Source: Mobula hypostoma (lineage: Eukaryota). Taken from it: a stretch of 64,000 nt of DNA. The stretch spans positions 222,024,001 through 222,088,000 of the forward strand of contig NC_086097.1 of assembly GCF_963921235.1 (NCBI RefSeq). Direction: 5' to 3'. Position 1 is the first letter of the stretch. Every line of letters starts with the position of its first letter. This document shows, piece after piece, positions 39,101 to 51,100 of this stretch. The notes under the pieces were generated by a model that ran no database searches, had not been told where the DNA came from, and saw only the letters and a program-made list of their open reading frames with translations. Position numbers and translations under genes: made by a program.

Positions 39101-42100
39101 GTGAACATTTCCTGCACTGCATATATAACCTGTTGAAGTCGACCCCGTTGTTCCTCAACCAATTCAACATCAAGCCATTGCTTCCAGATTACCTTCTGAA
39201 GTCTTTGCCGCATCTGCAGAAACTTTCCCTTTCTGAAATTCAATTTAATGGCTTTGATTTTCACTGATAAACTCCCAAAACACTTCAAGACTAACAATGT
39301 TATGATCACTTGTTCCTAAAGAATCAACAATCTGTACTCAAAATTCTATCCTGATTGTGACAGGATATCAAATGTAGATGGGCCTCCCATCTTGTTGGTG
39401 CATTAACATACTGGGTTAAATAACAATCATTCAATAACTCAATGAATTCACTTTCGCTTAATTCAGTAGTCACTGGGCTCTCCCACTTTAATATGGGAAA
39501 TTAAAGTCATTCATAACTAATACATTACTTCAGAACTTGCTTTTTTAATATTTTGATAGTTGCTTATTAAAATCACCATTAGCATTAGGAGGTCTATAAC
39601 ATACACCCAATGATATTTCTTTATCCTTATAAGGAGTGTTTCTGTAAACACAAGTTCTAAGGAGCTTCCAACCTGAATAGCGGATTTTATATACAGCATA
39701 CTCGGTGGCCACCGTTTAGGTACAGGAATGGAGCCCAGTGTGGTCTTCTGCTGCTCTAGCCATTTCAAAGTTTAACATGTTTAGAGATGCTCTTCTGTAC
39801 CCTACTGCTGCGTGCGCGGCCTCTCCGGTGATGAGTATCTGTAATCTGTCAAGTAGGAGGTCGTGCACAATTCTGATCTGATGGGGGCAGACGTGAGAGA
39901 ACGGAGGAACATCTGGTGAAACTTCTGAAATGCCTGCTTTGCTGCCGCTGCTACTGTGTGATCCGAAATCTCCGGAGGGGAAGGCCCCAAATCCTCGGCT
40001 TTGCCTGTTGCTCGGCAGCTGGGGCCGAGGTCGAAGCGCTTGGCAGAGATGGTGCTTGGTGCTCGGTGTTGGAGGGCTGGTCGGAGGCTCGAAGTTTTCG
40101 AACGGACTCAGAGTCAGACTGTGGTCAGGTGCTTCCAGGATGCTGCATTGGCAAGTTTGCGGCGCTGGAGGTTCAAGGCAGGGAGAGTTTCTTCCTTCTA
40201 CCGTCTGCGTGAGATGTTGGGGCTATCGGGACTTTGAGACATTTTTTTACCGTGCCCATGTCCTGCTCTTATCAAATTACAGTATTGCTTTGCACTGTTG
40301 TAACTATATGTTATAATTATGTGTTTTTTGCCAGTTTTAGTCTTGGTCTGTCTTGTGTTTCTGTAATATCATACCGTAGGAACATTGTATCATTTTTTAA
40401 TGCAGGCAGTTCTAAATGTCAATAAACGAGGACTGAGTGTCCTCATAATCTAATCTAATCTAATGTGTGGTTATTTGAGTTAATGTTGCCTTCCTGTCAT
40501 CTTGAACCAGTCTGGCCAACCTCCTCTGACCTCTCTCATTAATAAGGCATTTTCGCCCACAGAATTGCTGCTCACTGGATGTTTTTTGTTGTTCGCACCA
40601 TTCTCTGTGAACTCTAGAGACTGTTGTGTGTGAAAATCCCAGCAGATCAGCAGTTTCTGAGCTACTCAAGCCAACCCTTATGGCACCTATGCATATTCTA
40701 TGGTCAAATCAATTAGATCACTTTTAGACCCCAGATCTGATGAAGGATCTCTGCCCGAGACGTCATCTGTTTACTCTTTTCCATGGATGCTGCCTGGCCT
40801 GCTGAGTTCCTCCAGCATTTTTGTGTGTTGCTTGGATTTCCAGCATCTGCAGATTTTCTCATGTTTTAGACCACTTTTTTTCCCCATTTAGATTTTTGGT
40901 CTGAACAACAACTGAACCTCTTGGCAACACTCACAACATGCTGGAGGAACTCAGCAGGTCGGGCAGCATCCGTGGGAACGATGAGTTGATGTTTCGGGCC
41001 AGAACAGAGGCCCTATAAAGAAGGTGGGGGAGGGTGGGAAGGAGAAGGCTGGTAGGTTCCAGGTGAAAAACCAGTAAGGGGAAAGATAAAGGGGTGGGGG
41101 AGGGGAGGCAGGGAGGGGATAGGCAGGAAAGGTGAAGAAGGAATAGGGGAAAACACAATGGATAGTAGAAGGGGGCGGAACCATGAGGGAGGTGATAGGC
41201 AGCTGGGGGAGGGGGCAGAGTGAAGTAGGGATAGAGGAAGGGAGGGGGAGGGAATTACCGGAAGTTGGAGAATTCTATGTTCATACCAAGGGGCTGGAGA
41301 CTACCTAGACAGTATATGAGGTGTTGAACTGAACCTCTTGACCACGTCTGCATGCTCTTATGCATTGAGTTGCTGCAACATGATTGGCTGATTAGGTATT
41401 TGCGTTACCAAGCAGGGGTATCGCTGTACCTAATAAATTGGCTACTGGAGTGTATATGAACTATATATATGATACTCATATATATAGTGGTTCCAGCAAG
41501 AACTGTCTAGGGTTAAATTGCAGGCTGAATTTTCACTAGTCTTTCTTTTTGGATATTCAAATCTGTTCTTTGGCAAGAGGTTTTGTGATCATGAGAAAGT
41601 GACTATTTTTAGATTGGGCAATTGTCAGTGCAGTAAGAATTTAAAGGGCTGCAAGGATTTTCAGAAAACATTGATCTCTTCCAAGGAAGTATTGAAAATA
41701 ATTCTATAACTGCATTATAATCCTTCCGTGATATTTTACGAATCCAACATACATGCTAGTGCTCTTCTGTTTTTAATAAATGCATCATAATGAAGGATAT
41801 GCAGAACACTACATCAAAATTTGCTGTCAAAATGAAGCCAAGGGTTCATCAGTTTAAGAGGCAGACCATAACAGTCACAGAGAAGTAAATTAATAGAACT
41901 GACATCATAGCCCAGAGCAAGGTTACACAGTGTCTTAAAATTCATGACTTTGCCATTTAAAGAATACGTATATAATTCTAATGTATATTAAAGTGATCCG
42001 AAAGAATAAGAGCAAAGAGAAGTAATGTAAAGAACAGAGATGATCATAGCTTTCTATTGAACATCTGTTGATCAATGGTTTGATTTAGTCATGTGAAAAG

Positions 42101-45100
42101 CAGTATGCACAGGAAGAGCATGTACTTAAAGTCGGAGAGGGTGATAGGGAGGTAAATTAATAGTCATTTGGCCCCATTAAGTCCATGCTGGCTCTCTCCC
42201 AGGACAACTGTCTAATTCCTGTTACATCCTTAGCTTCCACCATATGTGAAGGTAGCTCATTTCAGATTCTAGCCATATGCTGCGTAAGAATTGCTTTTTC
42301 TCAAGCCACATAATTCCCCATCCTTTTATCGTGACCGCTCACGGCTTGATCCTACCAACAACAAGACTGGCCTTTCATCATGTCCTTTGTATGGACTCCT
42401 CATGACTTCCCTGTAATTGTGCTCTATGACTATTATTAAGGCCCAGAGTTCTTTACCACTTTCTCAACCACCCCTGTCATTTTTCATGACTTGCGTATCC
42501 ATAGATCCCAGGTCCCTCTATTCATGTACCTCTTTTAGAATATTTTATCCTGTTTTGCCTCTACACAATCTTTCTTCCAACATGCATCACCTTACATCTT
42601 CTGCATTAAACTTCATCTACCAAACATCTGCCCATTTCACCAGCCTTGTTATACCCTGCAAAATTCCCTTCACAGTTCATAATACTGAAATGTTCCATGC
42701 TTACAATATGTCCATGGAATTAAACATGGCTGAAAATAATGAACAAAGCCTTATTTGAATCTTGAAACTATTTTCTGTTATCAATGCCACATATTCATCA
42801 ATTTCTAATATTCACTGAACAGCAGGAGTATGTTTAGGAAAACATATTGTAAAAAGAGTTAGTGTGTATAGGTGCAGGAAATAGTTTCGGTGGAAAGTAT
42901 TGTTCATTTTAAAAGAAAAGTGGATCAATATTTCAATCATGAGGATATGATTGTCCAAAGGAAAGAGAAGAATTTTAATTATAAACTCAGAAGTCATATT
43001 CAATTTAAAGTATTGCCTTACAGTAAAGATATAAAAGCAAAAGGAATAGTAAAGCTGGATTTATTGAGTTTAGTAAATGTGCTCCTGACAAATGCCCTCG
43101 GGATTGCAAAGTATAATGATTAATTGAGTAATAATAGATCATTTACACTTGTCAAAAATATCTACAAATTTAAGGTGATCATAAAATTAATTAAGATATA
43201 CAAAGAGAATGGCTAGAAGGCAGTGTTTGAAGATAAATTATTAATGAAGCTAAGACATTAAACATTTAAAAAGTCGTCAGTCACTGGAAGTTAAGGAATA
43301 GAAAAGAGCACAGGAAGTTTCTGAGCTGCAACAAATCTTAACTCCTTGAGGGACGCTAGTAAAAGTGGGGAGCATTCCAATGAAGGAGACATCAGCGGGC
43401 TGATAGCTTTGAACTGCCTTATGTAAATAGCATTAATCAGTGGCTCTCAACTCTACCTAAGACTGAGTTACAAATGCAGTCAGGCCCATCACACAAAACA
43501 ACCTTCCCCCCCACTAACTCAGTCTATTTTACCCGCTGCCTTAGGAAAGCAGCAAATATAATCACGGACCCCTCCCACACAATCATTCTCTCTTCTCCCC
43601 ACTCCTGTCAGACAAGAGATTCCACCAGTGTCAAGGACAGCTTCTATCCTACTGTTATCAGACTCCTGAAGAGATCTCTCACTTGCTTCAAGTTGAACTC
43701 TTGATCTCTGAATCTATTTCACTGGGACCCTTGCACTTTCTTTGTCACTGCAACACTATGTTGCATTTTGTTTTCATTTTACTACCTCAACGTACTTATG
43801 TATGGCATGAATCTATCTGGATGGCACACAAATAAAAGCTTTTCACTGTGACAATGAGATACTAATACCACCCTCAAGAAGCAGGATACACCATGAGTTA
43901 AATCAGACTTTAGAGTTTGGCACTGAAGCTTCTTTACGTTCAAATTTAGGCAGCTGGGTTTCTCACTGCAGAGATTGGGACTTTTGCTACAAAGTTGTCT
44001 GTCAGAACAAGAAGGAGTACACAAACAGTGCTCTCTCAGGAAGATCCATTGATATTCAAGAATGACTTTTCTGGAAGATTTTGTAGATTCAATGTTCTAA
44101 TACAACCTTGATTTGATTGGGCATCTGAGGATCTGTTTCGGGTCACCAGTACTATGTTCTGTGACCACACTGTTGATTTGGATTCACTCTTTGACCACAG
44201 GGCATGATACGGTGTGATAGGTTTGGAAGTTTTAAGCTGTGCTTTTTCACTGAGACCAGCTGAAGAAAGTTGCGTTCAAAAGAATTGTAAATGTTTAATG
44301 CAACCTACATAATCCTGTATCACAAATGGATTCTGACATACAAAGCATTATGCTTCACAAAGGCTATTAACAAAGGAGCTCAAGAGTAAATCAAGAAGAA
44401 GTCAAGGGAAGGGATACAGGGAGATCGGGGCTGAGAGGGAATGATAAATGGCAGAGGAGACTCGATGGGCCAAATGGCCTAATTTTGCCCCTCTGTCTTA
44501 TGGTGCTATGGTCGAATATTGTCTTCAAAATAAAAGAACATAGAAAACAGAGATAATTTGACCAAGTCACAAAAGCGATAGAACCTCCATTTTGTAATTA
44601 TACGTTTTGCTTTCTAATAAATTATATCACTTTTACTGAAATTATATACAGGGAATCAGAACAGAGGGGAGAGTTGGAACAGGTGGAAAGGCTAGGAATT
44701 GTGGTATTACCTCACAACCAATGGTGGGAATTTATCAGCACAGCAATCTAGATGACAAAATAAGCTACAATTCCACATCCCATACCTAAGAATTGATACA
44801 GGTGCTAGCAGTGGATGTAGTATTTCTAATATTGTAAAATATGCTGAAAGAAAGCACTTCATGAATACCATAAGTTCAAAGTTAAGAAACAGAACTTACA
44901 CTCAGTCACCAGTTTATTAGGTACCTTCTGTACCTAGTAAAGTAGTCACTGAGTGTACGTTCAGGGTCTTCTCTGCTGTAGCCCATCCACTTCAAGGCTT
45001 GATGTGTTGAGCATTCAGAGATACCCTTCTACACATCACTGTTTAACGTATGGTTACTTGAGTTCCTATTGTTTTCCTGTCAGCTTGAACCAGTCCGGCC

Positions 45101-48100
45101 ATTCTCCTCTGACCTCTCTCATTAACAAAGGTGTTTTCTCCCATAGAACTGCCTCACTGGATATTTTCCTGTTTCTTGCACCATTCTCTATAAATTCTAG
45201 AAATCTGACAACGGATAGTCGGCATGGCTTTGTCAAGGGCAGGTCGTGCCTTATGAGACTGATTGAATTCTTTGAGGATGTAACAAAACACATTGATGAA
45301 GGTAGACCAGTGGATGTAGTTTATATGCATTTGATAAGGTTCCCCATGCAAGGCTCATTCAGAAACATGGGATCCAAGGAGACCTTGCTTTGTAGATCCA
45401 GAAATAGCTTGCCTACAGAAGGCAAACGGTGGTTGTAGATGGTTCGTATTCTGTGTGGAGGAAGGTAACCAGTGGTGTTCCACAAGGATCTGTTCTGGGA
45501 CCCCTCCTCTTTGTGATTTTTATAAATTCCTCGATGAGGAAGTAGAAGGGTGGATTAGTAAGTTTGCTGATGACACAAAAGTTGGGGGTGTTGTGGATAG
45601 TCTGGAGGATTGTCAGAGGTTACAGTGCAACATCAATAGGATGCAAAACTGGGCTGAGAAGTGGCAGGTGGAGTTCAACCCAGATAAGTGTGAAGTGGTT
45701 CGTTTTGGAAGGTCAAATTTGAAGACAGAATATAACATTAATGGTAAGACTCTTGGCAGTCTGGAGGATCAGCGAGATCTTGGAGTCCATGTCCATAGGA
45801 CACTCAAAGCTGCCTCGCAGGTTGACTGTGTTAAGAAGGCTTATGGTGTGATGGCTTCATCAACCGTGGAACTGAGTTCAAGAGCCGTGAGGTAATGTTA
45901 AAGTTATGCAAGAGCTTAGTTTGTCATATGGGGGCGCTGAGAAGCGGACCCAAATGCAAAACACAGACACTGAAGTACAAACGTTTGTACTAGGAACAGG
46001 ACAAGGAACTTGGAACAAGGAGCCTGGGCTAGGACTCCGAGCCAGAGACTGGGCAGGGACCCAGAACCTGGGTCTTGACTCCGGCTTGGACCCTGGATCG
46101 AGGGGAGGACAAGACATGGCTACAGGACTGGATGTGGCTAGGCTACAGGACGAGGCACATGGACAGGACGAGAACACAAAGCCTTGACTTGGACAGGACG
46201 AGATTCTAGGATGTGGCTTGGACTGGACGAGATTCTCCTGGACAGGATGAGGTTCTTAGACGTGGCTTGGAGAGGACGAGGTTCTTGGATGTGGCTTGGA
46301 CAGGATGAGAGACTCCTGGACAGGACGACAGAACTCCAGCACCGTCGAATTTCCAGGGATAGGCGAGGAATCTTCAGTGCAGGACGTGGCTCTTGAACTA
46401 GATTTGGCTCAGCTCTTGGATTCGGCTTGGTTAGGCTCTTGGGTATGGAGCCAGGACTCCTCCTTGGAGCGCAGGGCTGGGACCCTTCCTAGGACACAGG
46501 GCTGGGATGACTGCCGAGGACACTTGCCAAGGGAACTGCCAAGGTAAACTGCCAAGGGCCTCCTGGACTGGACGAGATCACAAAGCCTTGACTTAGACAG
46601 GACTGGAACATGGCGCCTGGAACTTGGAACACAGGAACACAGAACACAGAGTCAGGACTCTTCCTTGGGAACAGGACCTAGGGCCGGGACTCTTCTTTGA
46701 CACAGACACTAAACACGGGGACACAAAGATATAGTTCCAAACTCAACGATAAATAGTTCCTTATCTTGGCATGGCAAGGCTCCAGTCTCACTCCGGCGTT
46801 TGAACTTGATGGGGATGCAGGCAAGGCTTCAGAAGGAGGGGAAAGGGAACAGTCCAGCAAACAATCCCTGGTTTGCAGAGGTCTTTATGTGCCAGAGCTA
46901 AATGAGAATCAGGTGCCTCAATTAAGGCACCCAACAGAACAAGGGAGAAAACAGGAACACCCGGAACAAGGATCAATGGACCAGACCGTGAACCAGAATG
47001 CGGACTTACGGACCAGACCATAACATAGATAGACCTCACTTAGTGTACTGTGTTCAGATCTGGTCACCTCACTACAGGAAGGTTGTGGATACTATAAAGA
47101 GAGTGCAGAGGATATTTACAAGGATATTGCCTGGATTGGAGAGCATGCCTTATGAGAACAGGTTGAATGAACTTGGTCTTTTCTCCTTGGAGCAAAGGAG
47201 GATGAGAGGTGACCTGACCTAATAGAGGTGTGTAAGATGATGACAGGCATTGGTCATGTGGACAGCCAGAGGCTTTTTCCTAGGATTGAAATGCCTAACA
47301 TGAGCGGGTATAGTTTTAAGGTGCTTGGGAGTAGGTACAAGGGAGATGTTAAAGATAAGTTTTTCGTACAGAGAATGGTGGGTGGGTGCGTGGAATGCAC
47401 TGCTAGTGACGGTGGTAGAGGTGGATACAATGGGGTCTTTTAAGAGACCTAGAGTAGGCTACATAGTCAGCACAACATTGCGGGCTGAAGGGCCTGTAAT
47501 GTGCTGTAGATTTCTATGTTTCTGTATTCTATGTTGTATGTAAAAATCCCTTGAGATTTGTATTTTCTGAGATTTCTGGCACCAAAGATGGTTAAAATCA
47601 CTTCGATCACATTTCTTCCCTATTCTGGTGTTTGGTCTGAAACAACTGAACCATGATTTCATTCATTAAGTAGCTGCCACATGATAATTTGATTAGATAT
47701 TTGCATTAACAGGCAGGTGTACCTAATAGAGTGGCCACTGAGTGTATCTTGAGTACATTAAAGGTCAACAATTCATTGTGCTTATAGACTTGGGAGCACA
47801 TATGCTATTTTAAGACTCCAGTGCTTTTAAAACCACTGCTAAAAATAATTCCACTACAAGAAAAAATGTCATAACTTATGGAAATTTCTTAGTGATTTAC
47901 CATCTTGTCAGGAAATAACTGACCTTAATTCAGCACTTTTACTGACACTTTTTTTTCTGTCTGTGGGAAATCTACAGACTGTTACCAAAATAAACCTCTT
48001 GCCTTCCCAGGGCATATAATACCACATTGTTTTTATTTTCTCATCTTCAATTAGATTAGTGCAAGCTTGTGCAGAACGTTTTCTAACTTTATTAACTTTG

Positions 48101-51100
48101 AATGACTGTTCAATATTTCCAGATCATATCTGGCACAGAATGGGCACAAAGCAACTCTCCTATTACTGACCCCAGGATCTTAATTAACTCAAACTGAGCC
48201 CAGGAAAGAGCATGTCCATAACACTTTACAAATCACACTGCCACCATCGTGAGGTGAGGTGCAGAGCTGAAAGTATCAAATGATAGGTGGAGGGGTAGGA
48301 AGTGCTGAGGAAGCAATGCAATTGCTGCACGATTTGGACGAGTTAGAAGAATGGGCAAAAACTGGCAGATAGAATACAGTGTTGGGAAATGTACGATAAT
48401 GCATTTTAGTAAACGGAACAATATTGCAGACTATTAGCTAAGTGGGGAGAAGGTTCAAACATCAGAGGTGGTGAGGAACTTAGGAGTCCTCGTGCAAGAC
48501 TCCCAGAAGGTTAATTAACAGGTTGAGTCTGTGGTAAAGAAGGCAAATGCAATGTTGGCATTTATTTCATGGAGAATAGAATATAAAAGCAAGGAGAAAA
48601 TACTGAGGCTTTAAGACACTAGTCAGGCCGCACTTGGAGTATCACAAACAGTTTTGGGCCCCATATCTCAGAAAGGATGTGTTGTCATTGGAGAGAGTCC
48701 ACAGGAGGTTCACGTGGATGATTCCAGGAAAGAAGGGGTTAACATATGAGGAGCGTTTGGCAGCTTTGGGCCTGTACTCACTGGAATTTAAAAGAATGCA
48801 TGGGGATCTCATGAAACCTACCAAATGTCGAAAGGGTGGGTGTGGAGAGGATGCATCCTATGGTGGGGGCATCCAGAACTAGAGGGCACAGCCTCAAAAT
48901 TGAGGGGCGACCTTTTAGAACAGAGGTAAGGAGGAAATTTTTTTAGTCAGAGAGTAGTGGATCTGTGGAATGCTGTGCCACAGACTGCAGTGGAGACCAA
49001 GCCCATAGGTATATTTAAGGTGGAAGTTGATAATTTTCGGATCAGTCAGGACGCCAAAGGATCTGGCAAGAAGGCAGGTGTATGGGGTTGAGTGGGATCT
49101 GGGATCAGCCATGATGGAATGGCGGAGCACACTCAATGGACTGAATGGTGTAATTCTGCTCCTATGTCTTATGGTTTTATGGTACCTCGTTCTGGTAACT
49201 CCTGCAACGACACTGATGCCAAGCTGTATCGGCCCTTGCCCTTCCCTTGGACAACATCAGTGTCGTGGAGAGGGGAGACTTGCAGCATGGGCAACTGCTG
49301 GTCTTCCATACAACCTTGCCCAGGCCTGCGCCCTGGAGAACCTTTCCAGGCACAGATCCATGGTCTTGCGATACTATGCCACCACCACCATAGATAACAT
49401 TGTGGTTTAAATCCTTGAAAACTTCATTAAGATCACAGAAATTCAATTTACATGGGAACCTTTCAGGAAATAGTTTGGGAGACATTCAGAGGCAGAGAGC
49501 AATAGAGAACTGAACAAGGCCCTTCAGCCTAATTTATCCATTCTGATAAGATGCCCATTAAACTAGTTCAATTTGCCTGTGCTTGGCATTCTTGGAAACA
49601 TTCTTATTCATATAATCGTACTTATCTAAATGCCTCCTATATATTGTTATTGTACCTGCCTCAAATGCCTTCTCCAGCAGCTCAGTCCTTCTTAGTGAAG
49701 AAGCCTGCATCTTCTGGTTTAGCTTTAAATCCACCTCTCAAAGCTAAGCATTACTTCTTTTAAAAAAAAAATCGCTTATATTATCACAGACTGAAAAACA
49801 GTGAAATTCATTTACTTTTGTTACATTTTGATGGTCATGTCTATAAAGACACAGATAGCGTAGGTAACAATAAGGATACATACCAATATGGACAATCCTT
49901 CAGAATTATCTCTCGAACATGCTAACATCACTGGTGTATTATTAAGATCGCCTTCCAGGTCCAGATCTGTAGCTTTTTGTGAGGCTAGTGTCTGAGGGGA
50001 AATTAATAAGATCATTTAATTGGACTTCAATATACAAAATACTTAAGGGTAGACCCCAACAGTACAATAATGTAAATAGTTGGTAATGTGGCCCATTAAA
50101 CATCTTACCCACTGCTGTGTACATACATCTATTGATGCTTCTGGACACATCTTCAGTGATGTTCCTGGAATCATCGGGTGTTTCGGGTCTTTCAACATCA
50201 TACACCCTCCTCCAGGTGACCCAGCCAGGGCTGATCAGACCCCAGCTTGTGTCCAGATGGCTAGCTACTTATGACTCCATGGCTCCCCTCTTTTGAGCCA
50301 CAGCCATCTTGAGGCCCTCTCTGCCGCATTGGTGGTACTGCGGATGGCTCTCCTCTTCCTCTCTCCCTCGATGCCCAAATTGATGAAGGCTCTAGATAAG
50401 GAACGGGCTGCAAATCCCCTACAACCAACCTCCACCGGGAGACACCTCACTCTCCATCCAGCCTGCTGACAGTTGCTGACCAGTCCTGAGTACTTGGAGA
50501 GCTTCCTTTCAAAGGCCTCCTCCAAGCTATCTTCCCGTGGGACTGTCAGCTCCAGCTGTACTATAAGCAGTTGTAAAATAGATTTCCAGATTGTTATCAT
50601 CCATAATACACAGTAATCCAAATTTAAGGTCTATCCTATGTAGTGAAACAGAAATTTAAATTCAACTGGACCCAAATAATTCTTATTAGAATTACTGTTT
50701 TGCAAGGAATATTTCAGTTTTCTACTGATTGTTCCACCAATAGTGGGGTGGGGAAAGGAAGAATTCAAAATTGCAAGTTACGTACAACAGAGGTGCACAA
50801 ATTGGACTGTTTTTTTATTCTTCTTTGGAATGCGGGGTTTGAGGGAAAACTAACATTTATTTTCCACCTCTAATTGCCATTGAGAAGATAGTATTGATCC
50901 GTTAGTCTGGAACTATTGTGGCAGAGAATGGATCAATACTCCTTCGAGGTTGTAAAAGCCATATGATTGAGATGTGATAGGTAATGGCTGGGCAAATAGA
51001 TATTGTGTTTATTGTGGATGTGTACAATGTGCTGGTGGTGAATAACATTAATGTTTGAAGAATGTAGCCATATAGATTGCATTGTATTGTATCAGACTTC

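Larger units (their letters stand above)
39699..41452 (-). mobile_element. Tc1/mariner non-autonomous derivative carrying three later insertions
   Basis: Degenerate TIRs (actcggtggccac..ttaggtac / gtacctaataaattggctactggagtg) then TA; HTH remnant [17 protein letters not shown]...GRK.LI.ER.QRRL.RLV. Confidence 0.85.
44899..47744 (-). mobile_element. Second Tc1 derivative of the same family, interrupted by CR1 and a solo LTR
   Basis: TA-cactcagtcaccagtttattaggtac ... gtacctaatagagtggccactgagtg-TA; internal sequence aligns with 39699-41452. Confidence 0.85.

Noticed and set aside
45878..47039. Several ORFs with repetitive peptides
   Set aside because: They derive from tandem repeats inside a solo LTR; no gag or pol motifs.
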